Positions 28,135-38,579 of a DNA stretch of 64,000 nt are shown piece after piece. The stretch covers positions 66,768,862 to 66,832,861 of the forward strand of contig NC_090399.1 of the NCBI RefSeq assembly GCF_036365525.1, read 5' to 3'. The notes beneath the pieces are model-generated. The model searched no databases, had not been told where the DNA came from, and saw only the letters and a program-made list of their open reading frames with translations. A program made the position numbers and the translations under genes. Source of the stretch: Heterodontus francisci. Taxonomy: Eukaryota. Positions within the stretch are counted from its first letter, which is position 1. Every line of letters begins with the position of its first letter.

Positions 28135-28239
28135 AACGGAAGTCTGTCTCCCTGCTCCCCATTATTGTCGGTGTTCTGGTTGCTTTTGTTCTGCTGATCA
28201 TCGCTGTCATCGTGGGTGTCGTCTTCTTCAAAAAGAAAG
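28135..28239 (+). CDS. UAA: MHC class I heavy chain, connecting peptide/transmembrane exon (exon 5 equivalent)
   Basis: CTAAT branch-like site, pyrimidine tract and TCAG acceptor at 28131-34; GTAGGA donor at 28240. The 105-bp phase 1-1 exon encodes (E)RKSVSLLPIIVGVLVAFVLLIIAVIVGVVFFKKK, a hydrophobic helix plus basic stop-transfer, and joins the downstream exons in frame. UAA lineage is inferred from recalled tail similarity only. Confidence 0.88.
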
Positions 28240-28320
28240 GTAGGAATTGGAGAGAAAAAGGGCAGATGCTCACTGGGGCCGTGCGGACTCTGGGTGATGT
28301 AAGTTTGGGGAAGGGGGACA

Positions 28321-30780
28321 GGGGTGTGTTTGGGGGCCCAGTGCGGGCTGGGATTGCTGGTGGGTGAGGAATGGTGACCCAGGGTGGAGTGGGGGGGTGT
28401 TTGGTGGCCCAGGGTGGGGGTGGGATTGCCAGTGTGTGGGGAATGGTGACTCGGGGTGGAGTGGGGGGAGTGTTTGGGGGCCCAGGGTGGGGGTGGGATT
28501 GCCAGTGGGTGGGGAATGGTGACCCGGGATGGAGTGGGGGGAATGTTTGGTGACCCAGGGTGGGGGTGGGATTGCTGGTGGGTGGGGAATGGTGACCCAG
28601 GGTGGAGTGGGGGGCTGTTTGGTGGCCCAGGGTGGGGGTGGGATTGCCAGTGTGTGGGGAATGGTGACTCGGGGTGGAGTGGGGGGAGTGTTTGGGGGCC
28701 CAGGGTGGGGGTGGGATTGCCAGTGGGTGGGGAATGGTGACCCGGGATGGAGTGGGGGGAATGTTTGGGGGCCCCGGTTGGGGGTGGGATTGCCAGTGGG
28801 TGGGGAATAATGACTCGGGGTGGAGTGGGGGAGTGTTTGGGGGCCCAGGGTGGGGGTGGGATTGCTGGTGGGTGGGGAATGGTGACTCGGGGTGGAGTGG
28901 GGAAGTGTTTGGGGGCCCAGGGTGGGGGTGGGATTGCTGGTGGGTGGGGATTGGTGACACGGGGTGGAGTGGGGGGAGTGTTTGGGGGCCCAGGGTGGGG
29001 GTGGGATTGCCAGTGTGTGGGGAATGGTGACCCGGGATGGAGTGGGGGGAGTGTTTGGGGCCCAGGGTGGGGGTGGGATTGCTGGTGGGTGGGGAATGGT
29101 GACCCAGGGTGGAGTGGAGGAGTGTTTGGGAGCCCAGGGTGTGGGTGGGATTGCTGGTGGGTGGGGATTGGTGACTCGGGGTGGAGTGGGGGAGTGTTTG
29201 GGGGCCCAGGGTGGGGGTGGGATTGCCAGTGTGTGGGGAATGGTGACCCGGGATGGAGTGGGGGGAGTGTTTGGGGCCCAGGGTGGGGGTGGGAATGCTG
29301 GTGGGTGGGGAATGGTGACCCAGGGTGGAGTGGGGGGGTGTTTGGTGGCCCAGGGTGGGGGTGGGATTGCTGGTGGGTGGGGAATGGTGACCCAGGGTGG
29401 AGTGGGGGGGTGTTTGGTGGCCCAGGGTGGGGGTGGGATTTCCAGTGTGTGCGGAATGGTGACTCGGGGTGGAGTGGGGGAGTGTTTGGGAGCCCAGGGT
29501 GGGGGTGAGATTGCCAGTGGGTGGGGAATGGTGACTCGGGGTGGAGTGGGGGGGTGTTTGGGGGCCCAGGGTGGGGGTGGGATTGCCAGTGGGTGGGGAA
29601 TGGTGACTCGGGGTGGAGTGTGGGAGTGTTTGGGGCACAGGGTGGGGGTGGGATTGCTGGTGAGTGGGGAATGGTGACCCGGGGTGGAGTGGAGGAGTGT
29701 TTGGGAGCCCAGGGTGTGGGTGGGATTGCCAGTGGGTGGGGAATGGTGACTCGGGGTGGAGTGGGGGAGTGTTTGGGAGCCCAAGGTGGGGGTGGGATTG
29801 CTGGTGTGTGGGGAATGGTGACCTGGGATGGAGTGGAGGAGTGTTTGGGGGCCCAGGGTGTGGGTGGGATTGCCAATGGGTGGGGAATGGTGACTCGGGG
29901 TGGAGTGGGGGAGTATTTGGGGGCCCAGGGTGGGGGTGGGATTGCTGGTGGGTGGGGAATGGTGACTCGGGGTGGAGTGGGGGGGTGTTTGGGGAACCAG
30001 GGTGGGGGTGGGATTGCCAGTGGGTGGGGAATGGTGACTCGGGGTGGAGTGGGGGGGGTGTTTGGGGGCCCAGGGTGGGGGTGGGATTGCTGGTGGATGG
30101 TGAATGGTGACTCGGGGTGGAGTGGGGGGGTGTTTGGGGACCCAGGGTGGGGGTGGGATTGCTGGTGGGTGGGGAATGGTGACTCGGGGTGGAGTGGGGG
30201 AGTGTTTGGGGGCCCAGGGTGGGGGTGGGATTGCCAGTGGGTGGGGTATGGTGACTCGGGGTGGAGTGGGGGGAGTGTTTGGGGGCCCAGGGTGGGGGTG
30301 GGATTGCTGGTGGGTGGGGAATGGTGACTCGGGGTGGAGTGGGGGGTGTTTGGGGGCCCAGGGTGGGGGTGGGATTGCCAGTGGGTGGGGAATAATGACT
30401 CTGGGTGGAGTGGGGGAGTGTTTGGGGGCCCAGAGTGGGGGTGGGATTGCTGGTGGGTGGCGAATGGTGACTCGGGGTGGAGTGGAGGAGTGTTTGGGGG
30501 CCCAGGGTGGGGGTGGGATTGCCAGTGGGTGGGGAATGGTGACTCGGGGTGGAGTGGGGCAGTGTTTGGGGGCCCAGGGTGGGGGTGGGATTGCTGGTGG
30601 GTGGGGATTGGTGACTCGGGGTGGAGTGGGGGAGTGTTTGGGGGCTCAGGGTGGGGGTGGGATTGCCAGTGTGTGGGGAATGGTGACCCGGGATGGAGTG
30701 GGGGGAGTGTTTGGGGGCCCAGGGTGGGGTTGGGATTGCCAGTGTGTGGGGAATGGTGACCCGGGGTGGGGTGTGGGGTG
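28321..30780. repeat. G-rich minisatellite, ~72-bp unit (71-73), about 33-34 copies
   Basis: Tandem unit GGGTGGGGGTGGGATTGCCAGTGGGTGGGGAATGGTGACTCGGGGTGGAGTGGGGGAGTGTTTGGGGGCCCA, with GCCAG/GCTGG variants. Confidence 0.97.
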
Positions 30781-31517
30781 GCTCCGGGTCTGAAGATGGT
30801 GAACAAGGAAATGTCGACACTGGGTCCAGTGAGCGGAGGAGAGGATGTTCTTTCGGAACCACAAATAAAGGCAAAACTAAACGATGTGAAGTAATTAAAC
30901 CAGGAGAGGGATAGAAATGGGAAATGTGTGAGTAAAATATTCGAACAGAATGACAGTGTTAGTGTTTGTGTCCCAAGTCAGCATTATTTATACAAACACA
31001 TAGAGTATCAGGAACAAGTTCCATGAATTGCAGACTTGAATTCAATCTGGAGGCTATGACAAGGCAGCCATTAAGGAGACAGGGATGGAAGATGGGGAGG
31101 AGTGGGAATGAAATATACCAGGTTATCCGGTCCACAGGAAAGATCGGAAAAATGGTGAAGGAGGAACAGTTACCTTAGTGATGAAAGATGAAATCACTTC
31201 AGTGGGAAGAGAGGATATAACCAGAGTTCAGCAGGCAGTGGAGAACTTATGGGTCGTATTAAGAAATTGAGAAGTATTTAAGACGAGCGGGAGTGCTGTA
31301 TAGACCCCCGGGTAGTAGCTGTGAAGCTGTAACTTGTATAAAGTTTAGATAAGCAAGTAGTCAAACCGGAATGGTTTTAATAAGGGATTTTAACTTTCAT
31401 TATAGACTGGGATAAGCAGACTACCACACATCAGAAAGGTAGTGAATTTCTAGAGTGTGTCCAGGATAGTTTTCAGAAACGTCCCAGAACCAACAAGGAG
31501 ACATGCTCTATTAGATT

Positions 31518-33543
31518 CTTTTTTTTTCTTTTGGGCCTCCTTATCTCGAGAGACAATGGATACGCGCCTGGAGGTGGTCAGTGGTTTGTGAAGCAGCGCC
31601 TGGAGTGGCTATGAAGGCCAATTCTGGAGTGACAGGCTCTTCCACAGGTGCTGCAGAGAAATTTGTTTGTTGGGGCTGTTGCACAGTTGGCTCTCCCCTT
31701 GCGCCTCTGTCTTTTTTCCTGCCAACTACTAAGTCTCTTCGACTCGCCACAATTTAGCCCTGTCTTTATGGCTGCCCGCCAGCTCTGGCGAATGCTGGCA
31801 ACTGACTCCCACGACTTGTGATCAATGTCACACGATTTCATGTCGCGTTTGCAGACGTCTTTATAACGAAGACATGGACGGCCGGTGGGTCTGATACCAG
31901 TGGCGAGCTCGCTGTACAATGTGTCTTTGGGGATCCTGCCATCTTCCATGCGGCTCACATGGCCAAGCCATCTCAAGCGCCGCTGACTCAGTAGTGTGTA
32001 TAAGCTGGGGGTGTTGGCCGCTTCAAGGACTTCTGTGTTGGAGATATAGTCCTGCCACCTGATGCCAAGTATTCTCCGAAGGCAGCGAAGATGGAATGAA
32101 TTGAGACGTCGCTCTTGGCTGGCATACGCTGTCCAGGCCTCGCTGCCGTAGAGCAAGGTACTGAGGACACAGGCCTGATACACTCGGACTTTTGTGTTCC
32201 GTGTCAGTGCGCCATTTTCCCACACTCTCTTGGCCAGTCTGGACATAGCAGTGGAAGCCTTACCCATGCGCTTGTTGATTTCTGCATCTAGAGACAGGTT
32301 ATTGGTGATAGTTGAGCCTAGGTAGGTGAACTCTTGAACCACTTCCAGAGCGTGGTCGCCAATATTGATGGATGGAGCATTTCTGACATCCTGCCCCATG
32401 ATGTTCGTTTTCTTGAGGCTGATGGTTAGGCCAAATTCATTGCAGGCAGACGCAAACCTGTCGATGAGACTCTGCAGGCATTCTTCAGTGTGAGATGTTA
32501 AAGCAGCATCGTCAGCAAAGAGGAGTTCTCTGATGAGGACTTTCCGTACTTTGGACTTCGCTCTTAGACGGGCAAGGTTGAACAACCTGCCCCCTGATCT
32601 TGTGTGGAGGAAAATTCCTTCTTCAGAGGATTTGAACGCATGTGAAAGCAGCAGGGAGAAGAAAATCCCAAAAAGTGTGGGTGCGAGAACACAGCCCTGT
32701 TTCACACCACTCAGGATAGGAAAGGGCTCTGATGAGGAGCCACCATGTTGAATTGTGCCTTTCATATTGTCATGGAATGAGGTGATGATACTTAGTAGCT
32801 TTGGTGGACATCCGATCTTTTCTAGTAGTCTGAAGAGACCACGTCTGCTGACGAGGTCAAAGGCTTTGATGAGATCAATGAAAGCAATGTAGAGGGGCAT
32901 CTGTTGTTCACGGCATTTCTCCTGTATCTGACGAAGGGAGAACAGCATGTCAATAGTCGATCTCTCTGCACGAAAGCCACACTGTGCCTCAGGGTAGACG
33001 CGCTCGGCCAGCTTCTGGAGCCTGTTCAGAGCGGCTCGAGCAAAGACTTTCCCCACTATGCTGAGCAGGGAGATTCCACGGTAGTTGTTGCAGTCACCGC
33101 GGTCACCTTTGTTTTTATAGAGGGTGATGATGTTGGCATCGCGCATGTCCTGGGGTACTGCTCCCTCGTCCCAGCACAGGCATAGCAGTTCATGTAGTGC
33201 TGAGAGTATAGCAGGCTTGGCACTCTTGATTATTTCAGGGGTAATGCTGTCCTTCCCAGGGGCTTTTCCGCTGGCTAGGGAATCAATGGCATCACTGAGT
33301 TCCGATTTGGTTGGCTGTATGTCCAGCTCATCCATGACTGGTAGAGGCTGGGCTGCATTGAGGGCAGTCTCAGTGACAGCATTCTCCCTGGAGTACAGTT
33401 CTAGGTAGTGCTCAACCCAGCGGTCCATCTGTTTGCGTTGGTCAGTGATTATGTCCCCCGATTTAGATTTGAGGGGGGTGATCTTCTTGATGGTTGGCCC
33501 AAGAGCTCTCTTCATGCCATCATACATTCCTCTGATGTTTCAA
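31518..33543 (-). mobile_element. 5'-truncated RTE (BovB-like) non-LTR retrotransposon, young
   Basis: 10-bp TSD CTATTAGATT at 31508-31517 and 33544-33553, A-rich 3' tail on the minus strand, and an intact RT ORF. Confidence 0.92.
31578..33527 (-). CDS. RTE-clade reverse transcriptase with C-terminal C2H2-type motif (endonuclease lost by truncation)
   Basis: 649 aa without stops. Motifs KAPGKD, NYRGISLL, QCGFR, DLIKAFD, GVKQGCVLAP, LFADD, FTYLGS, RRLRWLGHV and CSTCGRACHSRIGLHSH. Confidence 0.9.
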   Translation of the reverse strand: MYDGMKRALGPTIKKITPLKSKSGDIITDQRKQMDRWVEHYLELYSRENAVTETALNAAQPLPVMDELDIQPTKSELSDAIDSLASGKAPGKDSITPEIIKSAKPAILSALHELLCLCWDEGAVPQDMRDANIITLYKNKGDRGDCNNYRGISLLSIVGKVFARAALNRLQKLAERVYPEAQCGFRAERSTIDMLFSLRQIQEKCREQQMPLYIAFIDLIKAFDLVSRRGLFRLLEKIGCPPKLLSIITSFHDNMKGTIQHGGSSSEPFPILSGVKQGCVLAPTLFGIFFSLLLSHAFKSSEEGIFLHTRSGGRLFNLARLRAKSKVRKVLIRELLFADDAALTSHTEECLQSLIDRFASACNEFGLTISLKKTNIMGQDVRNAPSINIGDHALEVVQEFTYLGSTITNNLSLDAEINKRMGKASTAMSRLAKRVWENGALTRNTKVRVYQACVLSTLLYGSEAWTAYASQERRLNSFHLRCLRRILGIRWQDYISNTEVLEAANTPSLYTLLSQRRLRWLGHVSRMEDGRIPKDTLYSELATGIRPTGRPCLRYKDVCKRDMKSCDIDHKSWESVASIRQSWRAAIKTGLNCGESKRLSSWQEKRQRRKGRANCATAPTNKFLCSTCGRACHSRIGLHSHSRRCFTNH

Positions 33544-34401
33544 CTATTAGATTAATAATGAGTAATAAGACCGATTTAGTTAGCACCCTAACAGTGGGAG
33601 AACATTGATCAAATAGTGATCATAATATGATTGAGTTCTCGTAGTGTTGAAATGGAGAAACATGAAACAGCCACTCAGATTCTAGAATTAGGTAATGCTG
33701 ATTTTAACAGGATAAGACACAGATTGTCCAGAGTAAACTGGACAAATCTATTAATGAGTAAAACAGAAGATCAGTGGGAGGTGTTCAAAAGAGAATTTAA
33801 AGTGATCCAAAAGCCGTTTATATCACTAAAGGGCAAGTGTTCTACCTGCCAAAAAAGACAGCTATGGGCAATTAAAAAGGTCAGAAATAACAAACTGTAA
33901 AAAACATACAGAAATGTAAAAAATAGCACAGATCCTGGTGAATGAGGAAGGTGCAAAGAACAGCAAAGGATGACACAGCAGATAGTAAGGGTTACAAGAA
34001 GAAGTACGAAAAGAAACTTGCAAGGGTGATCAAAATCAACACAAAGAACTTAGTTACATTCGGAAAAAGAGGGTCAGAAGCAAAGCAGTCCCTTTGAAAA
34101 CTGATGATGGTGATGTTGTCAATGAGAAGGAAATGGTGGACATGTTGAATAATTAATTTGTGTCAATATTTACAGTGGAGGAAGAGAAAAGAATGACAGA
34201 CTTCCCAAGGAAACTATTATTGGATCAGAGACAGGAACTTAATAAAATTAACATCAGTAATGTAACAGTAATGGAGAAATTAATGACACTAAAAAGTGAT
34301 AAATCCCCAGGATCAGATGGTTCTATCCCAGAGTTTGAAAGGAAGGAGGTGAGAACAGTGCAGATCCCTAACTATAATCTTCTCTCAGGTCTAACCCCGA
34401 C

Positions 34402-36213
34402 ATGGTCATCAAACCTGCAGACAAGGGTGGTGCTGTTGTTGTATGGCGTACCGACCTCTACCTTGCAGAAGCTCAACGCCAACTCACAGACACCTCTTCC
34501 TACCTCCCTCTGGACCATGACCCCACCACCGAACATCAAGCCACCGTCCAAAGGACTGTCACTGACCTCATCTCCTCTGGAGATCTTCCCTCTACAGCTT
34601 CCAACCTCATAGTCCCGCAACCCCGGACAGCCCGCTTCTATCTCCTTCCCAAAATCCACAAACGGGACTGTCCCGGCAGACCCATTGTGTCAGCCTGCTC
34701 CTGCCCAACTGAACTTATTTCTTCCTATCTAGACTCTATCTTTTCTCCGCTGGTCCAGTCTCTTCCCACCTACATCCGTGACTCTTCTGACGCCCTACGT
34801 CATTTTGACAATTTCCAGTTTCCTGGTCCCAACCGCCTCCTCTTCACTATGGACGTCCAATCGCTCTCCACCTCCATCCCCCACCAGGATGGTTTGAGGG
34901 CTCTCCGCTTCTTCCTGGAACAGAGGCCCAACCAGTCCCCATCCACCACCACCCTCCTCCGCCTGGCTGAACTTGTTCTCACATTGAACAACTTCTCCTT
35001 CAACTCCACGCACTTCCTTCAAGTAAAAGGTGTCGCTATGGGTACCCGCATGGGTCCTAGTTATGCCTGTCTTTTTGTGGGATATGTCGAGCATTCTTTG
35101 TTCCAGTCCTACTCAGGCCCCCTCCCCCAACTCTTTTTCCGGTACATTGATGACTGTATCGGTGCCGTTTCCTGCTCCCGCCCCGAACTCGAAAACTTTA
35201 TCAACTTTGCTTCCAATTTCCACCCTTCTCTCACCTTTACATGGTCCATCTCTGACACTTCCCTTCCCTTCCTCGACTTCTCTGTCTCCATCTCTGGGGA
35301 TAGGTTGTCTACCAATATCCATTATAAGCCCACTGACTCCCACAGCCACCTCGACTACACTTCTTCACACCCTACCTCCTGTAAGGACTCCATTCCATTC
35401 TCTCAGTTTCTCCGTCTCCGACGCATCTGCTCTGATGATGCTACCTTCCATGACGGTGCTTCTGATATGACCTCCTTTTTCCTCAACCGAGGATTTCCCC
35501 CCACTGTGGTTGACAGGGCCCTCAACCGTGTCCGACCCATTCCCCGCACCTCTACCCTCACCCCTTCCCCTCCCTCCCAGAACCGTGACAGGGTTCCCCT
35601 TGTCCTCACTTTTCATCCCACCAGCCTCCATATCCAAAGGATCATCCTCCGCCATTTTCGCCACCTCCAGCGTGATGCCACTACCAGTCGCATCTTCCCC
35701 TCCCTTCCCCTGTCAGCATTCCGAAGGGATCGTTCCCTCCGCGACACCCTGGTCCACTCCTCCATTACCCCCACCACCTCGTCCCCGTCCCAGGGCACCT
35801 TCCCTTGCAATCGCAGGAGGTGTAATACCTGCCCATTTACCTCCTCTCTCCTCACTATCCCAGGCCCCAAACACTCCTTTCAGGTGAAGCAGCGATTTAC
35901 TTGTACTTCTTTCAATGTAGTATACTGTATTCGCTGCTCACAGTGTGGTCTCCTCTACATTGGGGAGACCAAGCGCAGACTGGGTGACCGCTTTGCGGAA
36001 CATCTCCGCTCAGTCCGCAAGCAGGACCCTGAGCTTCCGGTTGCTTGCCATTTCAACACTCCCCCCTGCTCTCATGCTCACATCTCTGTCCTGGGATTGC
36101 TGCAGTGTTCCAGTGAACATCAACGCAAGCTCGAGGAACAGCATCTCATCTACCGATTAGGCACACTACAGCCTGCCGGACTGAACATTGAGTTCAATAA
36201 TTTCAGAGCATGA
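34402..36213 (+). CDS. Penelope-type reverse transcriptase plus GIY-YIG endonuclease
   Basis: 603 aa uninterrupted. Motifs IKPADKGG, LPKIHK, GRPIVS, DVQSL, GVAMG, RYIDD, FLD, CNRRRCNTC, VVYCIRC...YIGET, HFN and GLN. Confidence 0.92.
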   Translation: MVIKPADKGGAVVVWRTDLYLAEAQRQLTDTSSYLPLDHDPTTEHQATVQRTVTDLISSGDLPSTASNLIVPQPRTARFYLLPKIHKRDCPGRPIVSACSCPTELISSYLDSIFSPLVQSLPTYIRDSSDALRHFDNFQFPGPNRLLFTMDVQSLSTSIPHQDGLRALRFFLEQRPNQSPSTTTLLRLAELVLTLNNFSFNSTHFLQVKGVAMGTRMGPSYACLFVGYVEHSLFQSYSGPLPQLFFRYIDDCIGAVSCSRPELENFINFASNFHPSLTFTWSISDTSLPFLDFSVSISGDRLSTNIHYKPTDSHSHLDYTSSHPTSCKDSIPFSQFLRLRRICSDDATFHDGASDMTSFFLNRGFPPTVVDRALNRVRPIPRTSTLTPSPPSQNRDRVPLVLTFHPTSLHIQRIILRHFRHLQRDATTSRIFPSLPLSAFRRDRSLRDTLVHSSITPTTSSPSQGTFPCNRRRCNTCPFTSSLLTIPGPKHSFQVKQRFTCTSFNVVYCIRCSQCGLLYIGETKRRLGDRFAEHLRSVRKQDPELPVACHFNTPPCSHAHISVLGLLQCSSEHQRKLEEQHLIYRLGTLQPAGLNIEFNNFRA

Positions 36214-36581
36214 CAGCCCCCCACTTTACTTTCATTTTTAGTCATTTTTAGTTATTTTTTCTTCCTTTTTTTTGCATTCCTTTTTACATTTTTTGCATTT
36301 ATTTCATTTCATCTTAGTTTGTTCAGTTTGCTTCCCCACTGTTTTTTTCAGGTTGTTTTTCTTCAAGTTTGCACTTGCTGATGTTCTATGTTCAGTATAT
36401 TCACACCTAATCTGTACTAATGCTTTGTCTTTCAAAACACCATTAACATATTGTTTGCCTTTGCTCCGTGACCTTTTGGTCAGCTATGTGGCCTGGTCCA
36501 ATCTGCACCTTCTCCTTTGTTATCTCTTGCCCAACCCCCACCTCACTTGTTTATAATCTGTGACTTTTCTAATATTTGTCC

Positions 36582-36616
36582 GTTCCGAAGAAGGGTCACT
36601 GACCCGAAACGTTAAC
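36582..36616 (+). ncRNA. Minimal type I hammerhead ribozyme-like motif in the PLE 3' end (variant core CCGAAGA)
   Basis: GTT-CCGAAGA-A-GGGTC-ACT-GACCC-GAAA-CGTT-AAC: stem I GTT/AAC, 5-bp stem II, GAAA and a loopless palindromic stem III. Confidence 0.6.
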
Positions 36617-36975
36617 TCTGCTTCTCTTTCCACAGATGCTGCCAGACCTGCTGAGTGAATCCAGCATTTCTTGTTTTTGTTATAATCTTCTGAAGTTTGC
36701 TTGATTCAGGAACTGTTCCTTAAGATTGGAAAATTGTGCCTGTCAGTCTGCTATTGAAGGAAGGTGGAAATTATCGACCAGTTAGCTTAACATCTGTTAT
36801 CAGAAAATTACTAGAGACAATAATTTAATAGGGAAATTCAGCACCTTGAACATTGTCAGCTGATCATAGAAAACCAGCATGGATTTGATATTGAATTGTT
36901 TGAAGAGGTGATTAAAGGAATAGGGGAATGTCTATGGATGTTATTTTTATGGTCTTCCAGAAGGCATTTGATAAA

Positions 36976-37421
36976 TCACAGAATCACAGAATAATACAGT
37001 GCAGAAGAGGCCCTTCGGCCCATCGAGTTAGCACCGATGCATTAAAGACACCTGACCTGTCTACCTAATCCCATTTGCCAGCACTTGGCCCATAGCCTTG
37101 AATGTTATAACGTGCCAAGTGCTCATCCAGGTACTTTTTAAAGGATGTGAGGCAACCTGCCTCTACCACCCTCCCAGGCAGTGCATTCCAGACCGTCACC
37201 ACCCTCTGGGTAAAGAAGTTCTTCCTCAAATCCCCCTTAAACCTCCCACCCCTCACCTGAAACTTGTGACCTCTCGTAACTGACCCTTCAACTTAGGGGA
37301 ACAGCTGCTCCCTATCCACCCTGTCCATGTCCCTCATAATCTTGTACACCTCAATCAGGTCACCCCTCAGTCTTCTCTGCTCCACCGAAAACAACCCAAG
37401 CCTATCCAACCTCTCTTCACA
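36976..37421 (-). mobile_element. CR1 LINE 3' fragment inserted into the older CR1
   Basis: Minus strand reads RGGRFKGDLRKNFFTQRVVTVWNALP, with an (ATTCTGTG)2 tail. TSD GATAAA at 36970-75 and 37422-27; removing the insert restores the host KAFDKVP. Confidence 0.9.
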
Positions 37422-37912
37422 GATAAAGTTCCTCAAAAGAGACTGTTTAGTTAAAGGTGAAGCTCAGGGAATTGAAGATAAATTATTGACCTGTTAGGAA
37501 GTTAGCTGAGTGACAGGAGACGGAGAGTAGGGATAATGGACAGGTAGTGTAATTGTCAGGATGTGATTAGTCATGTCCCACAAGGATCTGTGTTGGAGTC
37601 TCAACTATTCACTGTATTTATTAACAAACAATGAGATAGAAAATCACATATCCAGATTTGTAGACGACACAATAATAGACAGTACTGTAGGCAGTGTAGA
37701 TGGAAGCATAAAATTACAAAGAGATTAATTGAAGAGATAAAATTGATAGATTAAGTGAATGGGAAAAACTATGGCAAATGGATTTCAATGTAGGCAAATG
37801 TGACATCATCCACTTTGGACCTATGAAAGGTAAACCAGAGTACTTTCTGAATGGTGAAATACTAGAAACAGTGGTGGTCCAGGTTCTAGGTACGCAGATC
37901 ATTAAAACGTCA

Positions 37913-38232
37913 GCCTCACAACTCCAGGGACCCGGGTTCGATTCCGGGTACTGCCTGTGTGGAGTTTGCAAGTTCTCCCTGTGTCTGCGTGGGTTTTCTC
38001 TGGGTGCTCCGGTTTCATCCCACATGCCAAAGACTTGCAGGTTGATAGGTTAATTGGCCATTATAAATTGCCCCTAGTATAGGTAGGTGGTAGGGAAATA
38101 TAGGGACAGGTGGGAATGTGGTAGGAATATGGGATTAGTGCAGGATTAGTATAAAATGGGTGGTTTATGGTCGGCACAGACTCGGTGGGCCGAAGGGCCT
38201 GTTTCAGTGCTGTATCTCTAAACTAAACTAAA
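37913..38232 (+). mobile_element. tRNA-derived SINE, HE1/V-SINE type (5' end truncated)
   Basis: B-box GGTTCGATTCC at 37935-45, V-domain-like core TGTGTGGAGTTTGCA..TTCTCCCTGTGTCTGCGTGGGTTT, CR1-like 3' end GGGCCGAAGGGCCTGTTTC and a (CTAAA)n tail. Confidence 0.8.
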
Positions 38233-38579
38233 ATATTGTGGAATCTTGCCTTACTCTTGATAACAATGGCACTTAACAAGGAGACAAAGTATTTGTTCTG
38301 ACAAACTACTTAATATCCGTATAGTTTGGGTAGAAGGTAAATACTCACTATACTGCTAGTTGGTAACCTCGCGTGTAAGAGTTCGTCCTCCAGTAGTCGG
38401 TTCGCTGAATGAGTTCTCTTCACATCTGTAGTGACTGACTAGGTCACTCTTCCCAACTGCAGCAACAATATCCTTGAGGGCTGTGGCTTTCTCCCCCTTT
38501 CTGACCCTGGTCCTGTGATATAATGAGTAATGTCTCAAATTGGGTCATCCGATTGGGTTTCAGTGCCTTATCAATCCCA

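Larger units (their letters stand above)
34384..36680 (+). mobile_element. Penelope-like element (PLE), 5'-truncated, young
   Basis: 11-bp TSD TATAATCTTCT at 34373-34383 and 36681-36691. RT plus GIY-YIG ORF followed by a T-rich 3' UTR with a hammerhead-like motif. Confidence 0.93.

Noticed and set aside
482-28197. Many short ORFs (SVLSCVRIQSHYRREGG / SAELCEDPVSLQEGG repeats)
   Set aside because: They arise from runs of 51-bp monomers; 47-bp monomers shift the frame to a TGA. There is no evidence of coding.
28240-28367. Read-through extension of the TM ORF (GRNWREKGQ...)
   Set aside because: It lies beyond a GT donor, and the spliced exons give a much more convincing class I tail.
28124-30914. 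916-aa and 891-aa Pro/His-rich and Gly/Trp-rich ORFs
   Set aside because: They are translations of the 72-bp G-rich minisatellite, open in several frames simply because stop codons are rare.
37913-37990. tRNA gene (also at ~59960)
   Set aside because: The Pol III boxes belong to SINE heads followed by SINE core and LINE-derived tails; no full cloverleaf is present.
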